DNA from: Octopus vulgaris
Taxonomy: Eukaryota
Assembly: GCA_951406725.2 (NCBI GenBank)
Contig: OX597835.1
Span: 30,690,001 to 30,754,000, forward strand
DNA length: 64,000 nt
Reading direction: 5' to 3'
This document shows, piece after piece, positions 29,288 through 42,511 of the stretch. The position numbers and the translations under genes were made by a program. Numbering within the stretch: the stretch's first letter is position 1; every line of letters starts with the position of its first letter. The notes under the pieces are model-generated. The model did not search any database. It was not told where the DNA came from and worked only from the letters and a program-made list of their open reading frames with translations.

Positions 29288-29559
29288 GTATGTATGTATG
29301 TATACGTAGGGTGTTCCGAAATTTAGGGAACCTAAGTTTCGGGGACTTTAATAACTCGCAATAAATTTGATGTGATATGAAAATTATACGTCCTTATTAA
29401 AGCTTAGTGTGTCTTCTTTTTGTTTCAGAGTAAATAAATTCGGATTTATAAATGAGATAATAGCTGTAAACAGAAATACAATGATATCTCTCAACAAAAG
29501 AAGCGAAGGTAATAAAGTCAAAATAAAAGGAAAAAAAAAGGAAAGCTTGAAATTAACCG

Positions 29560-30452
29560 TACAGCAGTCTGGAATTTTGTCAGGAAATTTTAAGTGACTG
29601 GTTCTACCGATCGATCTGGACGTGGCCAAAAAAGATGTGTGCGACCCCTCAGCTTCTGAAAAGTTCCAGAGAAAAAATACGGTGAGATCCTTGTCCCTCC
29701 ACCAGAAAACTGGTTACTACTGTAAAGATAAGTCGAAAATCGGTGTATCGAATGCTGAGCAGGACCTCAGGATCCAGGCCTACATGGTGATCCGCCGTCA
29801 TGAGCTAACGCTAGTATATAAAGCCATGAGACTGAAGAGTACTCGCCCTCTCCTGCGTCAGATTGCTGAAGACATGCTACTCAACCTGGTGTTCACTGAT
29901 AAAAAGAAATTGGACAGTGAACAAACAGTAAACCACCAGAATGACCGACTTAGGAGTGTATCTGGCTCCGTCGAGGGTAGACTCGTAAATCGACTTCAAA
30001 ATACACATTCAGTTATGGTTTGGGCGGCTGTGACAACCCCTTGAAGGTCTCACCTCGTTTTTGTGACCTCGGGTATTAAAATAAACATTCAACAATACAT
30101 TAACGACATTCTGGAAGTTGAAATGCTTCCATAGGCGAATGAGTACATTCAAGGCTAAACCTGGGTCCTCCAACAGGACTCGGCACCATCCCACATCCAA
30201 AAAGACACATCACTGGATTGAGAAAAACATTTCGTCGTTGATAGGCACAGGTGTATGGCCCTCAAAATCTCCCGATCTCAAACCGTTGAACTTTTTCTGA
30301 GGGTCTTGACCACTGCTCATGTTTCGCTCGATGCTCTAAAGGCAAAACTGCACAAGGAATGTGCTTTGATTCTGTAAGAACAGCTGCGTGTTGCATGTGA
30401 AGCATTCGCACCTTAACGCTGTGATTGGAAACAGATGCGGTCATATCGAATA
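29560..30452 (+). pseudogene. DD37D transposase pseudogene
   Basis: Motifs read VFTDKK..NHQNDR..SVMVWAAVT, then LVFV..GIKIN..YI.DILE, QQDSAPSH (frameshift) and KKT..W...WPSKSPDLKPLN. There are 37 residues between the second D and the final D/N position, plus stops and frameshifts. Confidence 0.88.
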
Positions 30453-30537
30453 AATGTGGTAGTGTCATAAATGTGTTTCCTTTACCATTACATTGCACCG
30501 CTTGGACCCAAAATATAACAATATTTCGCTTTAGCAA

Positions 30538-30935
30538 GATGGCAAACTGTCAGAAACGTTAGCACGTAGGGTGAAATGCCTAGCGGTATTTCGTCTGTCT
30601 TTACGTTCTGAGTTCAAATTCCGCCAGGGTCGACTTTGCCTTTCATCCTCTCGGGGTCGATAAATTAAGTACCAGTTACGCACTGGGGTCGATATAATCG
30701 ACTTAATCCGTTTGTCTGTCCTTGTTTGTCCTCTCTGTGTTTAGCCCCCTGTGAGTAGTAAAGAAATAGGTATTTCGTCTGTCTTTACGTTCTGAATTCA
30801 AATTCCGCCGAGGCCGAATTTGCTTTCCATACTTTCAGGTTCGATAAATTAAGTACCAGTTGCGTACTGAGGTCGATTTAATCGGACTGGCCTCCTCCGC
30901 CAAAATTTCTGGCCTTGTGCCTAGAGAAGAAAAAG
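30538..30935 (+). mobile_element. Family A SINE dimer inserted in the maT element
   Basis: The TSD is ATATTTCGCTTTAGCAA (30521-30537) / ATATTTTGCTTTAGCAA (30936-30952). Confidence 0.92.
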
Positions 30936-31630
30936 ATATTTTGCTTTAGCAAAATTGAAAAGTGTTGGTTGCTTTCATTTTGGGACACCCCGTATATAAG
31001 CAGTTTGGTTTACGTTGAAGGGGGAGTTTAGTTGTCGTTATAACAGCCTGAGTGCTCTAGCATAGCTAACCCTGCCCTCCACACACATACAGTGAAAGGG
31101 GTTTATGTACGAAGCATATATTTCTAACAAATAAGAAAATTGAGCAAGCAAAGAAATAAAGGCCCAAAATCTCAAACAAAATACTGATCTGTGCCATTAT
31201 AGTCCAGGTTAGTTCGCTACTAATCCGGCCCAGTTTTATTACACATATATATGTAATTCATCATCATCACCATCATCATTGTCGTCGTCGTCGTCATCAT
31301 CATCATCATCAAAGCCGTGGTGGTCGTCCTCATCATCATCAAGATTATCAATAACGTCATTCTCATCATCGTCGCGTCGTCGTCATCGTCATCGTCAACA
31401 TCATCATCATCATCATCAATATCAACATCGTCACCGTCGTTGTCGCCGTCGTCGGCGTCATCTTCATCTTCATAGTCGTCGTCATTAACATTATCGTCGT
31501 CGTCGTCATCAACATCATTAATATCATCATCATCATCCTCATGATGTTTCTAGTAGTAGTAGCAGCACTGGCTGTAACAGCAGCATTAGTTGTATCAGCA
31601 GCAGCACTAGTAGTAGTATAGGAAGTATAG

Positions 31631-31690
<60 letters not shown>

Positions 31691-32488
31691 AACGAAGAGC
31701 AATCTTCAAATTGTCATCCTCTTAACACACTGAGAACCTAAAATCTTGTTGCAAAATCTCAGCACAGCCACCGCCATCAACACGCCACCACCACCACCAT
31801 CATCACCATCAGCAACACCCACGACACCACTATCACTCATGACCCTCCTACCACTGCCACCACCACCACCACAACCACTACAGCCACCACCACTACCGCC
31901 ACCACCACTATCACGCTCACGGCAATGGCAAGCAGAAATAATTGAAACAAATAATTGAACTCTTATCGATTACCGATATTATCGGAAATCGATCTCTCTG
32001 CTTTTGCTGTATTGTATATGAAAACATTATATTATTGCCGAAAAGAAAGAAAAATAGAAAGAAAGAAAAAAATGCTAAAGAATAAAAAGTAGAAATAAGA
32101 CTAAAAATAAATATTAAAAAAGAATAAAAAGCAACAATACAAAAAAAAGAGAAAAATCTAGAAATGAAGGGGAATGGAGGGGAGTAAAGAGAGCAAAACA
32201 GAGGTTCTGTTTGTTGTTGCTGTCGTTGTTGTTGTGGGAGTTGTTATAATCTCTAATAGTTGTTACAGTTGTGTAATAGTTGTTGTAGTTGTTGTTCTTG
32301 CCGATGCTATTGTTGTTGCTGCTGCTGTTGTTGTTGTTGTTGTTGCGATGTATTTTTCATATATGAAATATTCAATTGACATTTATTTTGCAGTTAGAAT
32401 TCACATATAAAAAATCATTATATATAAATAAATATATATGTGTGTATGTATGTATGTATGTATGTATGTATGTATGTATGTATGTATG

Positions 32489-32526
<38 letters not shown>

Positions 32527-32559
32527 TGTATTTGTATATGTATATAGATATGTATGTCG

Positions 32560-32603
<44 letters not shown>

Positions 32604-32609
32604 TATGTA

Positions 32610-32645
<36 letters not shown>

Positions 32646-32963
32646 TATATATATATGTATATATATATATACATATATGTATGTATATTTATACACACAC
32701 GTTAAGAAACACACATATATATATGTGTTTATATATATATATGCGTGTGTGTCTATATATATATGTATATATGTATATATATGTGGGTGTGTGTATGTAT
32801 ATATGCGAAGGTAAACGTGATGGCGTGCTTATAGATTGAAATATGTAAATCACATTTCTATGTAATTACAAACCTGCATCAAATTTTATTAGCATCACCC
32901 AATAACCACCGCGCACGAAGACGAACGCATACACATAGACACAATCGAACTCATACACAACTG

Positions 32964-33016
<53 letters not shown>

Positions 33017-33434
33017 AAATATTCATAGACACAGATTTGCAAGCAAGCAAGCAAATATATGTATACCCATAGATATACACATATATCTGTATGTATATCT
33101 ATACGTACACCTAACCTACCTATATACATACACAGCTACATACATACTTACATACTTACGTGCATACACATATATACACATACACATGTATATATATATA
33201 TACATATATGTGTATATATATATATATACATATATGTGTATATGTGTGTGTGTGTGTGTGTGTATATATATACATGTACAGATATGTATGTATGTATGAG
33301 CATTCATTTATACAACGTCATCAAATAATCACTTCTCCGGAAAATGCAGACCCACACGCGCGTGCTCACATATTTTCGAATATTCATATTGACATGTTTG
33401 TATGCGTATCTATACACACATACACACATACAAA

Positions 33435-33531
<97 letters not shown>

Positions 33532-33888
33532 TCATACATTTGTTTGTGTGTGTGTGTGTATGAATGTATGTAATTGTACGGTGGACATCTGAACCGTTTC
33601 TTTCTACTAAATATCTCACAAAATATAAGTCAATCCAGATTTATAGCAGAAAAGTCTTGATCAACGCCGCCAAAAAATCTGAATAAACCCAGAGCAAGCA
33701 TCTTCGCACCTTATACGCCAACCATATTTCATACGTAATACAGTGAATCGAAAATATGTGGCAAACTGTGATCACTTCAGCAATTAATACACCAATATCC
33801 ATTTTTCAGAGTATAAACCTCAAGACAATGTCATGGGAGATAACTCCAGTTAGGTCAGTTGAATGAAAGGACTCTGAAATTCAATATA

Positions 33889-34215
33889 CCGTATTTGATG
33901 GCCTGTAAGACCAAAAAATGGCTTTAAAAAATCCCCCTACTTTCAATGCGCTCAATGTAGGCTCAAAACTGGTTCAAAACGTTATGTATGTTTACAAAAC
34001 GTGTGCTGCTATCTATTGTTGAACAATCGCCTACGGTATGTATATACCGAATGTGGATGCAATTAATTGCTTATAATTACCGGTAATAACATAGAGTTAT
34101 ACAGGTAAGTGTAGGAATTAAAACATAATTTTAGTGCCAATTTAATTTATAAAAGTATAGCCTAGACTAGGGTGCGTCCTATGCAATCGTGCGTCTTATA
34201 GGGCATCAAGTACGG
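33889..34215. mobile_element. Tc/mariner-superfamily MITE
   Basis: TA-CCGTATTTGATGGCCTGTAAGAC ... GTCTTATAGGGCATCAAGTACGG-TA gives a 23-bp TIR with 3 mismatches and a TA TSD. Confidence 0.85.
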
Positions 34216-34244
34216 TATAGATCGTTGACAGTGATATTCGGCGG

Positions 34245-34331
34245 TTGTGCCACTACAGAGCCTCTGTCACTGATGAGGCCGGGCAAGTCTAAATTACGTG
34301 ATTTGGCAGTTCTGGTGCCCGTAGGTGACAA
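34245..34331 (+). ncRNA. Type I hammerhead ribozyme, full-length architecture, G12U core change
   Basis: Stem I is CTGTCA/TGGCAG, extended by CAGAG/TTCTG and CTAC/GTAG. CTGATGA lies at 34270-34276. Stem II is GGC/GTC with loop CGGGCAA. TAAA replaces GAAA. Stem III is self-complementary (ATTAC/GTGAT), and the stem I bulge TGCCC is complementary to loop II GGGCA. Confidence 0.8.
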
Positions 34332-34496
34332 TTTTCGGCTGCCAACCATATAAATATGAGTGTTTTTATGCAGCATTGCTCTATATGAGAGGTACTCTGA
34401 AGATAAATAACGTACTCTTCAGTGTTCTAACCAAACATCCTTGTTAATTTGGACATAAAAATTGCCTTTTGATATTAATACTGTTGCTCTCGCGAA

Positions 34497-34687
<191 letters not shown>

Positions 34688-35236
34688 GAGTGAGAGAGCA
34701 GTTCATGCCATCAAAGTGACACTGGGGTAAAATATACGAAGCCCAATATACCCATCATGACTACCCGTCTGATAAAGGTACACCAGGCACATGCATCACA
34801 ACCATATGTGCGCGACATAGTGATCTCATATCAAGATAAACAGCACATGACCTTGCAGGTGAGGCCCAGTTAGAATTTTCTTCTTGTTGAGTAGCCCATC
34901 CCGCTCAAAAGGTCCCTGAATAAGAGTTGTTTAAGGATGTTGAACAAAACACCCATGTTTCTAGACGTGAATTATTCAAACCCCAAAGAATCCCTCTCAA
35001 CACATGGCTATGATGCTCACCCACTACCTCTGCTCGTGATCAGAGATGCACATATCGTCAGCCACTAAGGGACATGCTCAACTGGTTAAGGTCAAACAAC
35101 TGACAAGCAAATCTGTGGTATTGAGCAGAATATTATGCTGTAGCCCATCTTTTATACCAAGACAAAACAATGTACATGATAACACTTCCAATCAGTTAAG
35201 ATCAGAAGCCATGAGAGCCACCACCTGGTACTGCAT
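34688..35236 (-). mobile_element. ~550-bp (AAT)n-tailed non-autonomous retroposon (family T)
   Basis: It is the reverse complement of 41957-42511 and ends CTGCTCTCTCACTC-(AAT)n. Confidence 0.8.
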
Positions 35237-35239
35237 ATT

Positions 35240-35520
35240 AATAAAAATGGAGACTTGAGAACTGAGATCGCCAAGATGTGACAGCTAAAAGAGTTAAATA
35301 TAAAGGTTGTCCCTAATGTCATGGGACCATTGGGTTCAATACCACCCATGCTGAAGAAACATCTGGAAACTTAAGAAATGCCCTACAATCTAGGTGTATT
35401 GCAAAATTCTGCATTGTTTGGAACTGCACGCATATTGCGTAAAGTACTGTCTGTCTGAGGTCCTTGTTGTGGCTTGACAAACAGTACAACACCCCGAGAG
35501 ACGCAATATCTTCAATCAAT
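35240..35520 (+). pseudogene. R4/Dong-type (RLE-class) LINE 3' remnant
   Basis: 35240-35458 translates NKNGDLRTEIAKM*QLKELNIKVVPNVMGPLGSIP...LQNSALFGTARILRKVLSV*, the typical R4-clade C-terminus, with internal stops. Confidence 0.85.
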
Positions 35521-35816
35521 CACATCATTTATTCTAGAGGCACAAGGCCTATAGAATAAATGGTTAACTGGTGACTTATTTGTCGACCCTTATGGGTGAA
35601 AGATTGAGTCGAGCTCGGTAGAATTTGTTGTGAGAACGTTAAGACATATTAAATGTGTTGTTCATTGTTGGTATTGTTTTCTAGTAAGACCTGCTAGTTT
35701 GTTTTCTATTTCTGCTGTTACTACGTGATTCCTAGTTAGATTTCTTCTCTTTTCTTTTCCCTATTGTATTTGTTTTTCCGCTGAAGTCTCACATGTCTTC
35801 GGCGGGAGATTCCGTC

Positions 35817-35880
<64 letters not shown>

Positions 35881-35887
<7 letters not shown>

Positions 35888-36120
35888 TATATTAGCACCT
35901 TTTATCAATTCAAAATGAACAATTAAATTACACCATCAAGAAAATTATATATAATAGACATATCAAAATTAAAATAACAATAAAATACCAAGGATTAAGT
36001 AAATTACAAAAAAAATAATGAAAACGTATATAATTGGTAGAATAACGACACGTGTTTCGTGGCTATATTTATTTAAGAAATGATTATAGTAAAATAATTA
36101 ATATTCCCTCAAATAATTAT
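35881..36120 (-). mobile_element. (TA)n-flanked AT-rich element with hammerhead 3' half
   Basis: It shares both ends with 43036-43157. The minus strand reads GCCAC-GAAA-CACGTG-TC-GTTATT at 36041-36063. Confidence 0.6.
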
Positions 36121-36638
36121 ATATATATATATATATATATATACGGAGAATAAAGGGTATTGGGAAAGTGATAGAAGACATGAATAAGAAGCGAAAGGAA
36201 AATATTAATTAGTTGCAGAATATATAAAGCGCTGGCCTAAATGCGGTATTTTCCATTGTTCCATTGTTCCTTGAAATCCAACTGTATTTGACTTTGCGCT
36301 TCATCCTTGTTGGATCGAAAAAAAAACAACTGTTCGTACCAGTGAGGAACTGGTGTTAATTTAATCGGCAACAATTCAGGAGGTGCGCTGCTCGCTCTCA
36401 TCTTCAATTTTGTTCTTGCCATTTCAAAATCTTACAATTTCCCTGATTAACATTTGTGATATTCATGTAAAAGACGTGCTTGATGGGTGACTACTGGATT
36501 TTCATACAGTTTTATTTGTGATTGTACCGACATGCATGCCAATCCAGTGCCACCTGGCAGGGCTAAACGAGCAAGGTCCGAGAGAGGAGTTTCCAAGGAG
36601 AGACGCATGGAGATACAAGGGTAGGAAAAAGCTAATGT

Positions 36639-36677
36639 TAGCCTGAAGATCATCAGGATGTGAAACCCGGGTCGCGA
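36639..36677 (+). ncRNA. Minimal hammerhead-like motif
   Basis: GC-CTGAAGA-T CATC AG GATG T-GAAA-CCCGGG-TC-GC has intact core boxes, a palindromic stem III and a GUC site at 36671-36673. Stem I is weak and stem II has U-U at its base. Confidence 0.6.
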
Positions 36678-36823
36678 TTTGAAGTTCGGTCTCATTAAAC
36701 TATATAAGAGTGTATATAGTTTAATGAAACTGAAGAAATGCTTATACGCATGTGCATGCGTGCGTCTATGTTTGTGCGGCCGTGTGTATATGCATATATA
36801 TGTATATGCATACATAGATACAT

Positions 36824-36917
<94 letters not shown>

Positions 36918-37129
36918 TAGGAGAGAGAGAGAGAGAGACAAAATAGACACTGAACCACGTACACATACACACGCATACATATGTACACATATAATCATGT
37001 GCAAGTATACGCGTGTGTTTGTATATGCTTATGCATGTGTGCATTCATATATGTATACATGTATATATAGGTACATATATACATATATATATATGTATAT
37101 GGGTATGCTTGAATGTATGAATATATATA

Positions 37130-37188
<59 letters not shown>

Positions 37189-37880
37189 GTATGCATGTAT
37201 GTGTGTGCGTGTACAGGTATGTATAATGTACATAATACGTGTGCGTATATTTGTTGTTTTTTTTCTCTGTATGTTCTTTACAGAGCAGAGAAATGCTTCA
37301 ATAATTCCAGACAAATGGTAAAAAATCTGCTACCATTAAAACATGATTACATATGAAGGAATGAAGAGATGGCGTTGGTGTATGCGTGTTGATGTCGGCC
37401 ATATTGGTGGTGATTAGGATCGGTGGTGGTCTGGGTGGTTGTACTGAGTGTGGTGGTAGCTGTAGTAGTTATGGTGTTTACGAGTGTGGCCGTGGTGGTG
37501 GCAGTGGTATGGGCTGCAGTGTCTATTGGTGGTTTTTGCTGGTGGTGGTACTTGTGATTGCAGTGGTTGTGGGGGTGATCGTGTCTGTGGTTATGGTAGT
37601 TGTATCGGTGGTGGTGGTGGTGGTGGTAATGGTGGTGGTGCGTGGAAGTCTTCTACTGAAAAACGACCCGGATATTGATCATAAGCTTACACATGCATCC
37701 ATAATAACTGTATCTGTGTATATAAGCATGTATGTATGTATGTATGTATGTATGTATCTGTCTACGTATCTAACAATACATACATATACATACCTATACA
37801 TACATGCATACATATATGCATATACATAAATATATATATATACACATACACGCACACACGCGCACACACACACACACACG

Positions 37881-37923
<43 letters not shown>

Positions 37924-38296
37924 GCATGTATACATATGTATGCATACACATACATATATGTGTGTGCTTAAGTGATTGTGTGTGAATATGTGTGTGCGTG
38001 TGTGTATGTATGTATGTTTATGCGTTTTGTCCCATATACACACAACCCAGGTATGCGAGCTTGTGTATATATTTTTATATATGTGCATCAACATGTGCCC
38101 GAGAATATATTTTTACAACAATTAGCTGTTGAAGAAATCTTGCTGATAGCTTTCATTTTGTTTATCGATTATATATTTGGCACGAGTTTATGTACAGAGT
38201 GGCTCTGTGCTAATAAACTTCATTTTCAACCACATGGTTCCTGGTTCAAATACATTGTGTGGCACCTGATGCAAGTGAGTCCCTCTATAGCCTCGG

Positions 38297-38370
<74 letters not shown>

Positions 38371-38819
38371 TGTGTGTGTGTGTGTGTATGGATATATATG
38401 TTTGTGTGTGTGTGTGTACATGTAAGTATGCATATATGTGTGTATATGTGAATGTCTTTGTGTGTGTTTGCATGTGTGTGTGTATAAAATTGTCCTTTGA
38501 CAAGAATAGTATTGACAATTACTTCGAAGCTTTGACCAGCTAGGCTGTTATCAGGCAGTCCAAGGATGGTTTAGTTGGCCAAAATTTCGAAGTCACTATC
38601 AATTCTATTATTGCTAAAGAATAATAAATTAGTACTCTACTAAATGTATTGAGTAATTATTCAATTTAAGGCAAAAGTGTTTCTATTATATCAAAACATA
38701 CATGAGACAGCGAGCAGACTCAAGCGTTAGCACAACGGACATAGAGATTAAACGGCAATTCTTCTGTCTGTACGTCCTGAGTTCAAACGCCGGGTAGGTT
38801 GACTGTGTTGTATTCTTGA

Positions 38820-39028
38820 AGCGGCGAGCTGGCAGAAACGTTAGCGCGTCGGTTGAAATGCGTAGCCGTATTTCGTCTGCCGTTATGTTCTGAGTTCCAA
38901 TTCTACCGAGGTTGACTTTGCCTTTCATGTTTTCGGAGTCGATAATTTAAGTACCAGTTGTGTAGTGGTGTCGATCTAATCGACTGGGCCCCTCCCACAA
39001 AATTTCAGGCCTTGTGTCTATAGTAGAA
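38820..39028 (+). mobile_element. Family A SINE monomer followed by (ATT)n
   Basis: The head GCGGCGAGCTGGCAGAAACGTTAGC, core and tail are all present. Confidence 0.88.
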
Positions 39029-39084
<56 letters not shown>

Positions 39085-39123
39085 CATCATTATTATTATT
39101 ATTATTTTATATTATTATTATTA

Positions 39124-39158
<35 letters not shown>

Positions 39159-39490
39159 TATTATTATTATTATTAATATTATTATTATTATTATTATTAT
39201 CTAGTAAGGATTGTTCTCTTTAGAATTACCTACCCTTAGCATCCCTCCGATGCACATGTATCAACCCTCAAAATGATTTATTATAAAAACATGCAAGCAC
39301 TTTCCTAATAACTATTAACACTATTTTACGGCCCCTCTCAAACACCGAGCCTACCCTGCAACCGGCGCGGCCACAATCCCAATTACCATACCGCCAACAC
39401 CATCACTCAATCACAACCACCACCACCACTATCATCGCTATTAACACCCTCCAATACCGGACCACTGACATCATCATCATCTCCATCACC

Positions 39491-39530
<40 letters not shown>

Positions 39531-40172
39531 CACACACACACCACGCGAGCGCACGAACGCATTATACACATACACAGAAGATACACGCTCTTTCCAAAAT
39601 ATAAGATTTTAATAAAGGAAAAGGGCGATCCTTACCCATAAAGAAGCACAGAAACACACACAGACACACACACACACACACACATACACACACGTATATA
39701 CATGCTTTACACATGCGTACGCAACACCCACTGCAACCAGGATAAAAGAAGCGTCGCTTAAGACGGATACACATGCAAACTCATATACACACATGTACAC
39801 AAAAGTACACATACATGCTCACACAAATCTCATCTGTGATATTTATACACGCATTCTCTGTCCTTAATATAAGATGACCGGTAAAGTAACCAAGTTATGG
39901 TCAATGCAATTTCGTTTTCTTTGGGATTAATCTCTTTTAAACGGAAATCATAAAACGTTGAATAAAAAAATAGCAGCTACAACAACAACAAAGAAAAACA
40001 ATAAAAAATCACAAAAAACCCACAAAACCTCAGTAACAACTACGCTACCACCACCTCCACCACCACCACCACCAATAACAACAACAGCATGACCAAAACG
40101 ACAATAACAACAGCAAAATTAACAACGCGATTTGGACGCGGTTAAAACAACAGCGACAACGAGAAGGTCCAC

Positions 40173-40735
<563 letters not shown>

Positions 40736-41126
40736 CACTAATAATGATAATAACTAAACAACATCAGCAATAGCAACAGCAACAATAACAGCTATAATTA
40801 GAAGAAGGGGGCCGAAGTTTTGGATGGTCCACAACGAAACGATAATAAAAAGTAGCGACAAAACGCACCATTAAAATGGCGTTTTGCACGCCACGTGACT
40901 CGACAGTTGGTGGCAAAAATAACAACGAACAACAACAACAGCAACAACAAAAATTAAGCCACCATCTCCAGACCTACCCCGAATTTCTCTAATGTGTTCT
41001 TAACTGCTATTTTTGTTCAAATCCCCCTCACCACCCCCTCAAAAAACGAAACAAACAAAAACATAGGGGAAATGCCCCCTTCAAGAAAATAATAAAAATA
41101 AAAAGTATAACTAAAGAATGATATCC

Positions 41127-41259
<133 letters not shown>

Positions 41260-41267
41260 TAGCGATA

Positions 41268-41298
<31 letters not shown>

Positions 41299-41471
41299 TG
41301 AAGATGGGGTGGAGGAAAGGGAGGAGGGTGGTTATGATAATGGTAACGGCATCGGTCTGATTGTCCACAGAGAGCCATTTATTTGTCATCACCAAATATT
41401 TGCTTGAGCAAACAAGGAAGAGATATATACATTGGGAAGTGTGTGTATGTATGTGTGTGTGTCTGTCTGTC

Positions 41472-41512
<41 letters not shown>

Positions 41513-41596
41513 ATGGTGGGGGGAAAGAAACGAAAAATAGAAGTGGTTGTGAAAGAGAAACCGTGAACAAGCGGAAGCGCCCCTTAAAAACGTGAA

Positions 41597-41646
<50 letters not shown>

Positions 41647-41652
41647 ATAATA

Positions 41653-41697
<45 letters not shown>

Positions 41698-41698
<1 letters not shown>

Positions 41699-41804
41699 CA
41701 TGTGCCTGGTGTACCTTTATCAGACGGGTAGTCATGATGGGTATATTGGGCTTCGTATATTTTACCCCAGTGTCACTTTGATGGCATGCACTGCTCTCTC
41801 ACTC
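41698..41804 (+). mobile_element. 5'-truncated family T copy inside (TAA)n
   Basis: It is nearly identical to the 3' 107 bp of the 34688 copy, with (TAA)n on both sides. Confidence 0.85.
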
Positions 41805-41956
41805 AATAATAATAATAATAATAATAATCTTTTCCAATATAAGCACACAAGGCCTGAAATTTGGGGGAGAAGACAAATCGATTACAGCGACGCCAGTGTA
41901 GCACTGGTACTTAATTTATGAACTCCGAAATGATGAAAGGCAAAGTTGAACTTGAC

Positions 41957-42511
41957 TGCCCTGATGCAGTACCAGGCAGTGGTTCTTACGGCTTTAGATC
42001 TTCACTGATTGGAAGTGTTATCATGTACATTATTTTGTCTTGGTATAAAAGATGGACTACAGCAAATATTCTGCTCAATACCACAGATTTACTTGTCAGT
42101 TCTTTGACCTTAACCAGTTGAACATGTCCCTTAGTGACTGATGATATGTACATCCCTGATCACGAGCAGAAGTAGTGGGGGAGTATCATAGCCATGTGTT
42201 GAAAGGGATTCTTTGGGGTTTGAATAATTTACCTCTGGAAACATGGGTGTTTTGTTTAACATCCTCTAACAATCCTTATTCAGGGACCTTTTGAGCAGGA
42301 TGGGCTACTCAACCTGAAGAAAAGTCCAACTGGGCTCCACCTGCAAGGTAATTTCGATGGTTATCTTAAATGAGATCACAATGTCGCGCACATATGGTTG
42401 TGATGCATGTACGTGGTGTACCCGTATCAGATGTGTAGTCATGATGGGTATACTGGGCTTCGTATGTTATACCCCATTGTCACTTTGATGGCATGCGCTG
42501 CTCTCTCACTC
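41957..42511 (+). mobile_element. Family T element, apparently full length
   Basis: It reads TGCCCTGATGCAGTACCAGG ... CTGCTCTCTCACTC(AAT)n and is colinear with 34688-35236. Confidence 0.82.

Larger units (their letters stand above)
29307..30992 (+). mobile_element. Decayed Tc1/mariner transposon, DD37D (maT) type
   Basis: The 26-bp TIRs at 29307-29332 and 30967-30992 match 18/26, and transposase motifs lie between them. Confidence 0.85.

Noticed and set aside
35185-35236. Faint U2/U1 snRNA-like words in family T (ACCTGGTACTGCA, GTAGTGGGGGA)
   Set aside because: The matches are short and non-colinear, with no Sm site or snRNA fold.
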